A DNA stretch of 64,000 nucleotides, taken from Vermamoeba vermiformis (taxonomy: Eukaryota). This document shows positions 24,724-38,280 of the stretch, piece after piece; position 1 is the stretch's first letter, and each line of letters starts with the position of its first letter. Position numbers and translations under genes: made by a program. The stretch spans positions 186,001 to 250,000 of the forward strand of contig JBEWZL010000003.1 of NCBI GenBank assembly GCA_045837725.1, read 5' to 3'. The notes beneath the pieces are model-generated. The model made no database searches and had not been told where the DNA came from. It saw only the letters and a program-made list of their open reading frames with translations.

Positions 24724-25387
24724 ATGAACACAGATTCAGAGCAAAAGATCGCCGAAATAAATAAGCTTGGACCATGCTGGAGAGCCATATGGCTTGCATT
24801 AATTAATACTCCTGATTGCAGTGTATACGCTGAAGATGGTTGTTACATCGCTGAATACAAAAAACCATTAAAACACCGAGTCGAAGAATTTTGGCAACAC
24901 GAAGTCGAGGATGCGAACGTAAAAGGTTGGAATTGGGTCGGAGATACTGGCGTATATGTAAACAAAATAACTGGACCATCGACAATACAACAGGTACTTA
25001 ACTCTCATTTTTTTTGTCACGATCAACTCGAGCACATCCAAATTTTATTTGTAAGTCAGCGTATTTGGATCCTAACTATGATACTTGTAGGCCGCTATTG
25101 AGTGGATCTTAAGCACGGGCCATTTCGAATTTTCAATGCCGCAGCGTACTGCAGACGATGATCCGGATTATCAACCGGAAGTAGATAATGACGCCGCAAT
25201 TAATACGAGCCCTGGCATGACATGGCAACAATTTTGGAATCATTCAGTGAAAGGCGGCAATGACTTGCCTAATTGGGAAGGTGGACCTGAACAAATTATG
25301 ACACTTGAAAATCACGGCAACAGGTGGATCTGGATCGCACAAAAAGAGCCCACCGTTTATTACGTGATTCTAGGAGTATCTGGATAA
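24724..25387 (+). CDS. Hypothetical Trp-rich protein (at least 2 exons; true start uncertain)
   Basis: Exon to ~24992, GT-AG intron, in-frame exon AAIEWILSTGHFEFSMPQR...ILGVSG*. Confidence 0.5.
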
Positions 25388-25548
25388 TCATAAACAGTCA
25401 TTTGCACGTCGATTTAAGACCGACATTTAAGTACGGAAAATTTGTCGTCTTTTTTTGCGGTCTCAAAATCAAATCTTGAACGCTTAAAATTAGCATTTAT
25501 TTATAGGTTCAATACTAGAGTAGGCTTTGATCGTGCTAGCAAGTTCTC

Positions 25549-26422
25549 AATAGAGCTCCTCATGCTGCATCTGCTTGATCTGCTGTCGCGTTCTTTTCTT
25601 CTTCAGACAGAAATGAATTTCGACCGCAAGACCAACAATGAAGCCAACAGATCCAACACTCGCCAAGACTCCAATGATGATAGAGTCCCTTGTCAGTCTA
25701 TCAGCATATGCAGCGTCATTTGGACTAGCACCGTCGTTGTCCCAGTACTTAATTACGATTTGATTGGTCGAGTAACTGATTTGATATTAATCTGCTATGT
25801 CATCTACAGCAACAACAGGTACGGCACATCCGTCTTTGAAGGTGATTGTGAATGCACAATACGACGAATCAACACTATTGATCTGATCGCCAACTGGATC
25901 GTCTTTACCGACTACTACAATGAAGCAACAATCATCGTCGATGGCTGCGTTAATCCATCTATGAGGTTAATTATAATGGCAACGACACCAATTATCACCG
26001 CAACAATTTGCACGAGAACAGGAACAGAACCGTTACTGACTCTTCCATCGCTGTCTATACAAGTAACAGTCGGGATGTAGAAGTAAGAAGGAGGGTTTCC
26101 ATAAGTAGTAATTTGATCGTACGTGAAGTTTTTGCAGTCCATTCTGTTGGTCGGCATTCCAAGGGGAAGTCGTAGTGCGGCAACGGAATAATTTCGTACT
26201 CTGGTACCGGGCACAATGGATTCATGATCAAGACAACCGCTTTACCGGCCACTACATGTAGCTTAATCTTGTCCTTGGTGATTTGTCCAGTACTACATCA
26301 TATGCATAGAAACAGCCACTAGCGATGAGATAGCCACTTTAGCTATTGTTGGTAATTGCTTTGATGTTGCAAAATAGAATACAAAGTCTCTTTGATCGAT
26401 AATATTGAAAAAGCTGAGGCAT
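25549..26422 (-). pseudogene. Decayed C-terminal modules of the surface protein family
   Basis: Fragments SGCFYAYD, KAVVLIMNPLCPVPEYEI and two TM-like segments, broken by stops and frameshifts; similar to LSGCLYPY..DCPTPKFSI of member 1. Confidence 0.5.
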
Positions 26423-26751
26423 GTCTGTCGTAAAATCCGCTTTGATCTCGAATCCAGAAAATTTAGTAGTAAATCGATTATTTCTCGCGGGAGTTGGTCC
26501 TAAAAAATTATTAATTTTTTACAATACTATTGGCGCATTTTAAATTAATACAAACCATCGGAAAAACAGATTTGATTTTCTCCATCAAATACCAACTGCA
26601 GTACTGATGAAAACAAATAGATTATAACCTTTAAAATTGAAATAGTTGCTAGTAACGTTTAACTGAAGCTCGGCTTGTTTTGTTGGCTCGTGGCTTTAAA
26701 AAAACTTTAATTTTGAAACCCAACCAAACAAACACAGCCACGCGCGATAAA

Positions 26752-29509
26752 ATGGGTCAAACAACCACAAAATCGAATAAAAAGCACGTGGTTGAGGTTA
26801 AGAAAAGCCGAGATCAGCTGCTACAGGTCCGATTAAACTTTTGATTAGTTTTTTCAGTGTTGTAAGCGTTGTTTAAACGAATAATAATTACTTACGAATT
26901 TTTAGGAATTTAATGAGCGAAGAGAACAGGTGATTGAAGGTTATTTGGTACGGATGTCACTTTCCCACTTATTTCTGATTCCCTTCGATTAATTATTTAA
27001 CTTGCATCCAGCAATCCGTCGTATCATCAGCAATAAGACCAAATGGAATACTTCCAGCAGAAATTGTCGAGATGATTCTTCAGCACCTCTCCGAGCCGTC
27101 AGAACAATTTCAGATCGCTTCTTGTTGCAAACTGTGGCTCAGTCTAATTATCTCAAAGGTGCGTAAAATCAAAATTTGTTATTATACCTCATTGCTGATT
27201 ATTTCATCAAAAGTCCTACGTGTTCCTGCAACGCAGATTCGTTCGATCGAACACGGCCAACGGCTTGTAAGCGTCTGAATATCATAATATCGTAATTCAA
27301 TAATATTACAGTAATATTTAACACGTAATTATATTTATTAGGTTTTGGCCAAGCGTTTTAATGCGTCAAAGTTGGGATGGTAATAGTACTGTATTCGTTG
27401 GATGTGCTTGGTCAATGCACAAGAACTCGCTGATATTGAACAAATGGTACAATAGTCAGCATACAATACATGAAGGAGGTTCTGAAGTTGTTGCTCGATC
27501 GCATTGTCTGGATCTGGCGACGAACAAATTAATGAACGAGGCCGAGTTTGAAACGCATTATATTAATAGCACCAAAGTAGAAACAAAATATTCACCTGAT
27601 TTCAATGAAAATCATATGACTTGGGAATCCGTTACTTGCTACAAAGAAGACGGATCGAGCTTCGAGATCAGTACGTAATTTTTAATTTTTTTTAAAATAA
27701 CTGAATTTACGTAATTATTTATAATTATATTAAGAATATGAACACTCTGTTGGCCATAACTCGCGATTTATCACTGGTGTTGCTAATATGGACGGATCCA
27801 ATCAGCTGATGCTTTTCGATCGAAGTTAGTAAGTTCCATTAATCTTATTACTTCTTAATATGGACATATATTGACATATATTTTTCTGATTAGCTTTTCG
27901 GGTAATCGTGAAGAAGTTGAACATAAAATTGAAACATACGACCTTAATACGGGTCATCGGCTAAATTCCCGGATCCATTCTTGTTTTTTTATTCTTGGAT
28001 TTTGGGTACGTATCAATATAAATATACTAATTTCATTAATCATTTTGATGTATAATGTTATAGAAACACTATGTTATTTCTTATGGACCTAATTCGATCC
28101 TGTCTTTTCTGGATCTGAATACTGGCGTGAGCAAGAAGACGTGGCAGTTTAATATTATAGATCCGTGTCAGATGAAACTCAACCAATTATTGTTCATTCG
28201 AAATAATACGGTAAATATGATTCAAGTCCAACACCAAAAACTAAACTTTCGGATTTCAGATGGCGATCGGCGTGGAGAACTTTGTTCGCCTGTACGACTT
28301 GAACAACGATGCGATGCTGAAAAAAATCAATATATTAGAGTGCGTTGGCATAAAACTCAAGAAAAAAGAAACCGCTTGGGTAAGACAAAGATTCTGTTTC
28401 CTCGTTTTTTTGTTCAACTTCCTAATATGGAAATTCGATTCATTGCAGGTGGTTAGTGTCGCTTTTGACGATTGGAAACTAGTCACTGTTACGCATGTAT
28501 ATCGTTGGTATGATAACAACGGTGAAAATTATAACCCCATGATTGTTTCGGATGTGTGGATCTCGATCTTCGACCTGACTGCTAATTATCGTCACTTGCA
28601 AACAATTAGAACCAATTTTAGCTGCTCTAATACATGGCCCGTAGAAATATTGCTCCCTGCAAGCGGAAAAATTCTAATTAACGCCAAGTACGTTAGTGTA
28701 GTTTGAGAATTCACCGAACTAACGTGTAATTTATTATTATTAGATTCTCGGAAATTTTGGAATTAGACTTTTTGCACCCGAATTTAATGAAAAATACGAT
28801 CAAAATTGCCAGGTGTCACAAAGTAGGTCAAAGATCCGGATCGATCTTTTCTTTCATTTTTCTAACCAAGCAATAGAATGAGAGCAAAGTCACCGTTCAA
28901 GACATTTCACCGGTTAATTTGACGGAGCATTTATTCCAAGAGCTTAATGCGGATCTAGCTGACCTTACTTCCACGACGTACTTTTTGCGAGATCCAAATG
29001 AACAAATTGAACGGTATTACTTCAGTCTTATTTATGCTTAAATAGCCTAATATGTTAACTTTCTATATTAGGCAATTAGTGAACGATCCCAGCTCGTCAA
29101 TAATTGAGATTTACGATGATATTTTTGAGCTTGGCAGATCGCAACAAAAACGGATCACGTTCATTTATCCGATCAGTTTTGCCTCTATAGCGCAATCACG
29201 TGGCACAAAATTTAAATGGATGGACAAAGCGGAGTTTAATCGTCATTGGGAGATTCGACAAGATTACTTTTCCACCGTTCATTTGGCGACAATGGATCTG
29301 TCAAAGTGTCATTACGCCCACACACCGTATGTACCAAACTACGTATCGATATTATAGTACAAGGTTTAATCACTATTTGTAGGAGATTTCTGCCGGAGCA
29401 TATGAAAGGCGAGGTATTCTTCCTTTTGTTTGAGGAGTTTGATCCGAAAACAAACCAGTGGCTGATCTGCGAGCCGTTTGTGCCTGAAGGAACGACTTTG
29501 GAGCTATAA
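26752..29509 (+). CDS. F-box protein with putative beta-propeller region, paralog A
   Basis: MG start; F-box LPAEIVEMILQHLSEPSEQFQIASCCKLW; multi-exon; ends LFEEFDPKTNQWLICEPFVPEGTTLEL*. Confidence 0.75.
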
Positions 29510-30052
29510 GCTTGATAATTCTATCATAGTGACGGTAAATCGTAGTTTTGAACTCACATCGTTTTGTTTATCTGACTTCAGAAGAGACAGACCAACCGAG
29601 AAGCTGTTGTATAAAGACTTTCTTACCAGCGACAGCTCTATTATAAACGCTTTCGTGGTGATAATGTTAGTAAGATCTTGGATGGAGTTTCGGCACAAAA
29701 AAGTTCGATGCTAGCCTCGGAACTGGGTTAAAGTTCATGTGGTCCGTCGTGATCCAGCATATTCGTGACTTATTATATATATCGAGTGCAAGAAGAGCTA
29801 CCAATAGAAACGAATCCGTAGCTGTCGTAAGGCGATCGGTTTTTGTGCTTTTGCTTCAAAGAATGCTTTCATTCGCGTAAAATATCGAAGTATATTGTTT
29901 GGGACTGAATTCAAGTTCATTCTAGAAGCCTGCAGCCAAGTGGGGCGTGAGTTCATATTGTTTCCAAAAATAGAAATTTTTAGTTGAACTCATTAAAGGT
30001 AAAATCACCGGAAGTCATTCACGATTTACATCACGAATTGGTATACATACTT

Positions 30053-30924
30053 ATGTTCCATAATATCGTAAAACGAACCGGCGCACACTTGGTTAAGGCG
30101 CCAAATGCCAAATCCACTCTGAAAGTCACATCCACTCTCTTCACGGCTTCATCATCTCGACCTTTAATGACGAATGCTCAAGATAATAATTCTCCTGCTA
30201 TTCTCAGACCTATTGAAACTAAGCGCATCGACCAAACGATGGAAAGACTGATGAAAACTTCGCAGCCAGAAGGCAAAGTCGAGTATGTCATCGCGAAAAT
30301 GGATCAAGTATTGAATTGGGCCAGAAAAGACTCTCTTATGCCCCTTACGTTTGGTTTGGCATGTTGTGCGGTCGAGATGATTCACGGATTCGCTTCAAGA
30401 TACGATATCGAAAGATTTGGAATGGCTCCTCGAGCTTCGCCTCGCCAAGCGGATTTAATGATAGGTATGAGTAATATATAATCTCAATGTAATATCTTTT
30501 TTAAGGATTTGGAATACCTAAAATTTTAATAATTTGGTTTTCTTTAGTTGCCGGAACTGTGACCAATAAAATGGCCCCAGCGCTCAGAAAAATCTACGAT
30601 CAAATGCCTGAGCCTCGCTACGTCGTGTCTATGGGCAGCTGCGCGAACGGTGGAGGTAAGAAAACTTTTCAAGATTTCTTCATCCGCTCCGCTAAATCCA
30701 CCATACCGGAAGATTGGCTTTGACAGCCTACATATTAACATATGTTTCACCTAGGATATTATCATTATTCCTACTCTGTAGTACGTGGCGTAGATCGATT
30801 ATTGCCAGTGGATGTGTACATTCCGGGCTGTCCTCCGACCGCTGAAGCAATGCTTTACGGCTTACTCGTCATGCAAAAGAAAATTTCGCGAGAACAGCGA
30901 CTCTTGAGCTGGTACAGACAATAA
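30053..30924 (+). CDS. NDUFS7: NADH:ubiquinone oxidoreductase PSST subunit with mitochondrial presequence (3 exons)
   Basis: [68 protein letters not shown]. Confidence 0.97.
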
Positions 30925-31278
30925 GACACAAAATATTCCGCGGTGTAATTTCCATTCATTTTTCATTCATATTTATTCGTTAAATCCGCTTAATTTCAAC
31001 TAACTGAAGAACCTGACGTGTACTAGGTCTATATGCAGAAAAATAAATACGCATCATTGTCTCATTCAGTTTTTTTGATCGGTCGCATGACGAAAATGAA
31101 ATCTATTTAGCCAAGCGCAATGCATAGCTTTCTGATGGCAATTAAAGCGTAAAAAATGACGGTCTGCGAATGGCACGCGTCAAAACGTTTATTTATGATT
31201 ATTGCAAATTTTTCTTCGGTGAGTAAGCAAGTAGCAATTCAACACTATTGTTGTTAGTTGTGGAAATATCCTGGTTCA

Positions 31279-33948
31279 TTATGCCAGTTGTAAAGTCGTT
31301 CCTTCAGGTACAAAGGGCTCCGCTATCAGCCACTGATTTGTTCGTGGATCAAACTCTTCGAACAAAATGACAAATTTCTCGCCTGTCATATTGTCCAAGC
31401 AAACATACCTACGTAACTTATCAATATGATGCATAGTAAGCACTATAAGGTATATTTACTTGTCGTATTGAACGGTGGTCAGCTCGAAAGGCGTCAGAGC
31501 CAAAGTTTGGAAATATTCTGGTCGAATCTGCCAATTGAAATCAAACTCTTCTCTTTTCATCCAAGAAAATTGTCTTTTAACAGTTGCCTCTGAAGACTCT
31601 TTCGTCTTCTTAAGATATGGATAGATGAATGTAATTCTGCTCGTAGGATGCGGATCCAGGTAAAAAAGTTCTTCTGCGGGAGATTGCGGTTCCCTATAAC
31701 ATATAAGTTAGCGTACTAAATCCTTTTAAATTTGTAATTATGTACTTTGGTGGATCCGCATAGAACGTTAAAGTAGTGATTGATTCTAAAGACGAATTGA
31801 GCACTCTAGTCACATATTCAGCTATTCCAAGCGTTGGAATGGATTCTACGTGCAATTTGCCAGCCTAGAATAATTAGAAAATTAAATTAAAAAATTCTCG
31901 GAAAAAAAAAAATAATATCGGACTTACCTCATCGTAGCGACCAACGTTGATTGTATTTTTATACAAATTAGGATGGTTAAAGTCAATTTCCAGCACTCCG
32001 CAGAACCTGCCAGTATATGTAAGTCAGATCCAGTATTTGTTGCCCCAGAGGACTTACTTCGAGTTGAGCAAAATTTTGTCTTTTGGTGGCAACAAAATTT
32101 GTACGGGATTAAATCTGGTGAGCACCAGAACTGTCCGTATTGTATTCAAACATTGAAAATTATTCGTCGTGTCAAAAATTGCAATTTCCACGTCAGCTCC
32201 GCGTGCATATCTATCTAGGTCATAGACACACAGAGTTACGACTAAGTTCCAATGGTCTAATGCCACACTAGAAATCTGCAAAAAAAAAGAAAGTTAAGGT
32301 AAATATAACAAAAAATAAAGCAAATTTCTACGCACGTGTAAATTTTCTCTTCTTCTCAAAGTCTTTCCTGTTTGCTCTAAGACGTTGAACTTTCTTATCA
32401 AGGAGTCGTCGCTTAAGTCATAAGAAAATATTGTGTGACCCGCTGCAATAATAATCTGCAAAAAAAGTATTAGATTACATGACTGTGTATTAATCGAGTA
32501 AATATAATTCATACCTTATTATCACGAATATTTATTACTTGATGACCATAATGGATGCAGGTAAAATCCAATGAGTGGCTGAATTTCTTGGCTGCGGATC
32601 CGTTCTCCAGATCGTGAAATGTGAAACAGGAATTGGCATAAGCGACCACGAAATTTCGCTATAAAACATTAATATGAGCATTCAAATAATATTCGATAAT
32701 TTAGAATAAGACTAACCCAATAGCCAAGAATCAAAGTAGTCCGTAACATGAGTTTGTGCAACTGCTGCCCCGTATCAATATCATACGTTTGAATCTCATA
32801 TTCAATTAAACTTGTTTCGCTCTTAATTCTACCATTGAAATTAATTAACGATAAAAATAACGGCAATAAAGTCAAAATCTTACGATGTGCTGAAAAAGAG
32901 CAACACTTGATTCGAACCGTCCAAATTAGGAAGTGCAGTAAGAGCCCAATTACCCAATTTACCCTCGTCAAGCCCTATATTACTTATTAATATTATATGA
33001 ATATATTATGCTACCAAGATTTACGTACCGATTTGGAAGTTGGATCCGTCCTTTTTAAAAAAATTCATTGCTTTGGGTCGTAAGTATCCTTGATGGTTAC
33101 TTTGGTACAATGGACGTATAATAGCATCGTTAATATATTTGGTTCCAAACTCGACTTCTTGTACTTCGTTGTTTGTCAGATCCATTCGGTGAGCTCGTCG
33201 CGTATACGTCGTGTATCCAGTCTGCTTGTTCCAAGAATAACATTCCTTGTTTAATATTAAGGAGTTCTCGTGCATTGACCAATCAGAAGAAAGAGTGTCG
33301 CCCATAAAGTTGAACGACCGTAAACGAACACTGGACCAGTATCTTAAATAATATTACTTATGTAAATAGAATAAAATAATATATACTATGCTTATTATGA
33401 TATTTTCAGCGCCTTACAAGCCATTTTTGATGTTCAGTTTGCCGAATCTACGATTGTACCAGCCGAACGACTTATTTCAGATTAAATAGTTAGAATCAAT
33501 ATTATTTATAATGCTTCTACGTACTTTTGAGATTACGATACTAAGCCACAGTTTGCAACAAGAAGCGATCTGAAATTGATCTGACGGCTCGGAGAGGCGC
33601 TGAAGAATCATCTCGACAATTTCTGCTGGAAGTGGTCCATTTGGTCGTATTAATGACGATACAATGATTGGCTAGTCAAAGGAATCAGAAATAACATCGT
33701 TTTGTAGCGTGCATCCGACTTACCAATGCCTCGTACAGTTCTCTTCGCTCATTAAATTCCTAAAATTTAAATTTTGGTGAATTAGGCTATTTCAGAAATA
33801 CTCTAAATAGGTTTCGTAATTTTTAAATTGAGAAGGTAAGTTAAAAACGTTTTTTGGGTCTTACATGTAATAGCCGATCTCTTTCTTGCTTTGCCGGATT
33901 ATTAGTGTCTGAAATTTGTATTGGTCGCGAAGTAGCACCTTGTCCCAT
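31279..33948 (-). CDS. F-box protein, paralog B of 26752-29509
   Basis: MGQGATS start; F-box exon nearly identical to paralog A; ends LFEEFDPRTNQWLIAEPFVPEGTTLQLA*. Confidence 0.75.
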
Positions 33949-34234
33949 TGCAAATTATGCGTGGCAGGTGGCTGGAATTGATCGAGTTTCAAACCCACGA
34001 GATCGTGCTGCGACTATAATTCTAATTTACTTTGTGATAAACAATGTTTCATTTTTGATGAGACGCTTACTTGAATTTTTCAGAAGATTACGATTTCTGC
34101 TCCGTCATTTTTGTGAACGGCGAGTCCGGTTAGAAAAGAGTTGACCGAAAATGTTACTTTTCTGCCGAGTCCCTTGGGGAGAAAAAACGAGTAGTCTATT
34201 AATTTCACAATTTAACAGGCTAAGCCAGAAAAGT

Positions 34235-35972
34235 TTATTTTTCTTTTTCCGCCAAAATCTCGAAGAAATTTGACGTGCAAGCAATAGCGCGATGTTCTGC
34301 TTTAGGCGGCTCAACGATCGTACTTAAATCTCTGACCTTGCGGCCTCTAGTATTAATTTTTTTACGAGCTGAAAAGTAAATAGGTCTCGTATCAGCCAGC
34401 GTTAGTATTGTGATCCAGATCCCGCGAGGTATCGTCGTTCGGTGCACCAGATCTTTAATCAACACCATTAAATCCTTTCGTTTTTCTTCTACCATATCTT
34501 TTCTCATATTAACGCATAATTCTATGAATTTTTTAATATCTTTACGCTTCCACGCACGAATATCCTCCGGTATTCCGATCTGGATCTGCTCCAATTGAGA
34601 TTTTTTATCAATGTCCAAATCATCCTTATCCATCGCTAAAATAGGATATTCACGGAAAAAATCCGTGAAAATATGATGATTTACCAGCTGCTTGATCGTG
34701 ATCCGTCGTCGTGGATGATAATCCAACATGTCGTTCAATAATTTCAGCCATTTCACTGGTAATCGATCGGCACGTGGAATTGCCTTTTTTAGCTGTTCGT
34801 ATTCATGACGAGCAGGCGCCATTCGCAAAATTTGCTGAGACTTCAGTCCGTTTCGTAATTCTTCCTCAGTCGGGTTTCCTAATGTAGTAAATATAGAGCC
34901 CCATGGCTGCCCCAAATTATTTGTCTCGTTAAATAATGAAAGACCATTGCGTAACATAAACGCAAAGATTACGCCAATCGACCAAACATCCATCGCTGAA
35001 GTTACCATAGGACCAGGTGTAGTTATGCTAGCGAATAGAATGCTCGTTAATTATAATTGATACATATACTGATCAAAATCAACTATTATTATTAACTAGT
35101 TCTGCGATCTAAGCGAAGAATTTAAAAATTAAAAAAAATTCTGTATTTTTAATACTATATTAGTAAATGAGGTTTAAATACTTACAAATGAACAAAAGTT
35201 ACTAATTCTACGGGTCGAAAATGGAATTCCTCGGTTTTAATTGCTGTGGCGACTTGGTCTTTGTCCAACGTTTCAAACGCTAGCCTTGCGTTATTTATAA
35301 ACCCGCATATTTTGATCTTTTTCAAATCTTCACTGAGTAAAATATGATTTGGCTGTATTAAATAGGTTAAATTGTAGCTAAATTAAATTACAACGGCTAC
35401 TTACGTGCAGATTCGTATGTACCACTCCAGCATTCTCTAATTCGTTAACCGCTTCAATAATTCGGTATAATATGCGCACTTTATGATCGAATGATAGGTT
35501 TTGAAGTCGATTCCGAAACTGTGGCGAAGCCAATGTCGTGCCATCTGCAAAAAAATTAACCAAAATTCAAAAATAAATCATTGAACTTACGTATATACTC
35601 CATACTAATTACTAAAGTCTTTCCCAGGAAGCACGGAATTTTTTCGATGGTAATATCGTAAATTTTGAGAAAAGTATCCGACATCTGAGATAGCTCGGCC
35701 GAAATTACTGCTGCTTTGTACTGTTGAATACCGTGAATCACATCACTTATATTTACACATTTTAGCACGACAATTTTATCGCTCCAATAGTCATAACACC
35801 TAAAAATACGAGTTTTGTAAGGCGCATCCTGAAAATAATAAATTAGATCAAGGTTAGAAACGAGAATACTACTGTTTCAACGCACCTGCTTATGTACATC
35901 GCTCAATATTTTGTAGCGCTCGAGTAGAACGTCTCCTGGCACAACCAGTTTTGTGGTCTTTGTTTGTTCCAT
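34235..35972 (-). CDS. CMGC/MAPK-like protein kinase, probably a pseudokinase
   Basis: AMDVWSIGVIF, LGNPTEEE, LLNDMLDYHPRRRITIKQLVNH; catalytic loop reads HTNLHPNHILL and KICGF replaces KICDFG. Confidence 0.75.
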
Positions 35973-36229
35973 TTCAGATCAAAAAAGAAATGCGAAGTTC
36001 CACAAACGGTCTGATCGCTGAACACGAAAAATTAAACTATGCTAAAAGGCTCAGGACTCAATTAGTAGCCCAAGCGTTGGTGTTGGTGTTCGTGCACAAT
36101 TTTTCTGGTTCGTCGTGGAAGAGCCGCCAGACCGAAATTGGAAACCCACAAATTCAATAACGAACGGAAATAATCCCTCTATTACACCTATTACTTTCTT
36201 AATTAACGATTTACTACTCCTTTAAATTG

Positions 36230-37958
36230 TTACAAGTATTCGTAAAGCCGTGTCAAGTGCTGCTTGATTTCCTCCGGAATTGTTTTTACGGGCAGTTTAA
36301 TTATCTGTAGCGAGGTTAATAGCGATAAATTCTCTAATTTTACATCATTTTGATTCGTTTCTAGGTATGTTAATCTCGTCATATCTCGTAATATCGAAAA
36401 ATCTGCCAGACGCTCAACTTGTAATCGCTCTAATGCTGTCATTCGGGATAATTCACTGAAAAATTCCTTCCTGCTGACTACAGCTCTATTGCAAAATTCT
36501 CGCAAAGGTAATTTTGACAGTAGTGTGATATTATCGTTTTGCCAATGGCTGTCTAAATGACATTTCAATGATGTGAGCTTCGTTAATAGCCTAAATTCGT
36601 TAAATAGCACTTCCGAAATCTCATTGCAATCTAAACTTTCCAAATTTGGCAATGTTGAAGCTGCGTACAAATTAGGAACTGACAACTTTTTTAAGTTCGT
36701 GAACGGCAAAAAAAATGCAATTGTATTGCGCAATGCCTCGCATGTGAAGCTCTTTAATAATGTCAGATCACTTATATATTCATACGTAATCCTAGTTTGT
36801 CTATCGCTCACGAAAAGATCCAACTTTCGTAGATTCGTCAAAAATTTGAACTGTGCCGGCTGATTACCGCAGTACCAAATGTTAAGTCGGGTTAAATTAC
36901 TGTTATTAATCCATTGAAAGAACTCTCCTCTCAATCCTCGGGCTTCAAGTCGTAAACTTTCTAATGCTGTCAAATCCGCTAAAAATTGTAGCTGATTGTC
37001 TTGCATCTGAAACATTCGTATAAAACTGAGTCGCTTTAACTTTTTTAAAGCAATAATACGATCCATATTGAAATAGTGATCTCCTGAGAGAACTAATCGC
37101 GTGAGGTGGATCAAACTGTCAATTCTTTCAAAATTAGCGCTGCTTATCTTCAAATATTCTAACGATGTCAATAAATCCAATTGAAAAAATCCATTCGATT
37201 GCGCATTTCCAAAGCACACAAACTTCTTTAGGTTAGTAAATAATTTCGGGATTTCCGGGTTTGTAGTTGCCACTGAATTATTCTTGATAATTAATGCTGT
37301 CAATTTTGTTGGATTCGATATGAACAGAAATGGATCAATAGATACGAAACTCACAGAGCACTGAAACATTTCCAAATTAGTAAATTTTCGCCAGCTCGTT
37401 CCAAATTTATGCTTGTTGTAATTAAAGCTTCGTAGTTGAGTAAATATAGGCTGTAATATCATAGGACATTCGTCAAAGTAAGTTAGATTCGTCAGTGTTG
37501 TTAATCTAAGCCATTCTCCATCAAAAGAATCACCGTCTGGTCGATCCAACGATAACGATGTCAAATTTGTTAATTTAGCCAAATGCTGCGTATAATATAC
37601 TATTCCTCGATCTACACTCTTCTTAAATTGCATACTTATTGGTATACTCGGATAATGAACTAAGATGTGTTCCACGATCGACTGGATGGAGGTTTTGTTC
37701 GTGAAATAAAAGGTGAAATGATTATCAAATAATTTTCTATGCCATTTTTTGCACGTTGATGCTAATAATCTCTTTGCTGGGGCTGAGGCAAATGAGCTAA
37801 TTAAATTAATAATTTCTTCGGGCAAATCCACACCTTCCTGCTCTTCCTAAATATATTTGGTCATTACTTACTGCTAAAAATTTTAATAATGACGACGAAA
37901 AAGAATTTACAGTCACAAGTACCAATGTAGAAGGAAGATCTTTGCTTTAGCTTACCAT
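36230..37958 (-). CDS. F-box/LRR protein
   Basis: DLPEEIINLISSF..LASTCKKW followed by LTNLTSL-type repeats; ATG-only first exon at 37956-37958. Confidence 0.8.
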
Positions 37959-38280
37959 CTTTTTCTTCGTAGTAAATTAAATTGAAAATTTGTTTCAAGT
38001 CCTAACAATTAAGAGTGCGATCTAGCACTTGTCTTGTATTCGCCGTGACTATTTTGTATTATCTATAGCGAATAAGTTTTTACCAATTTTTGACAGACAG
38101 CAAGCAATCGCCAATGGAGAGAGAAGTAACAAAAATTTCAATTAACTATAGTAACAAATACCAAGTAATCGAATCTTGCATTTAAACGTAGGTAAACACG
38201 TCTGACTACGTCAGATCAGTAATTGACAAATCTGTAATTCTGTCTAAAATCATTCATAGTTGTTCAAATATTGTGAAGCA

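Noticed and set aside
25442-26080. 212-aa plus-strand ORF
   Set aside because: Antisense shadow of the minus-strand surface-family pseudogene
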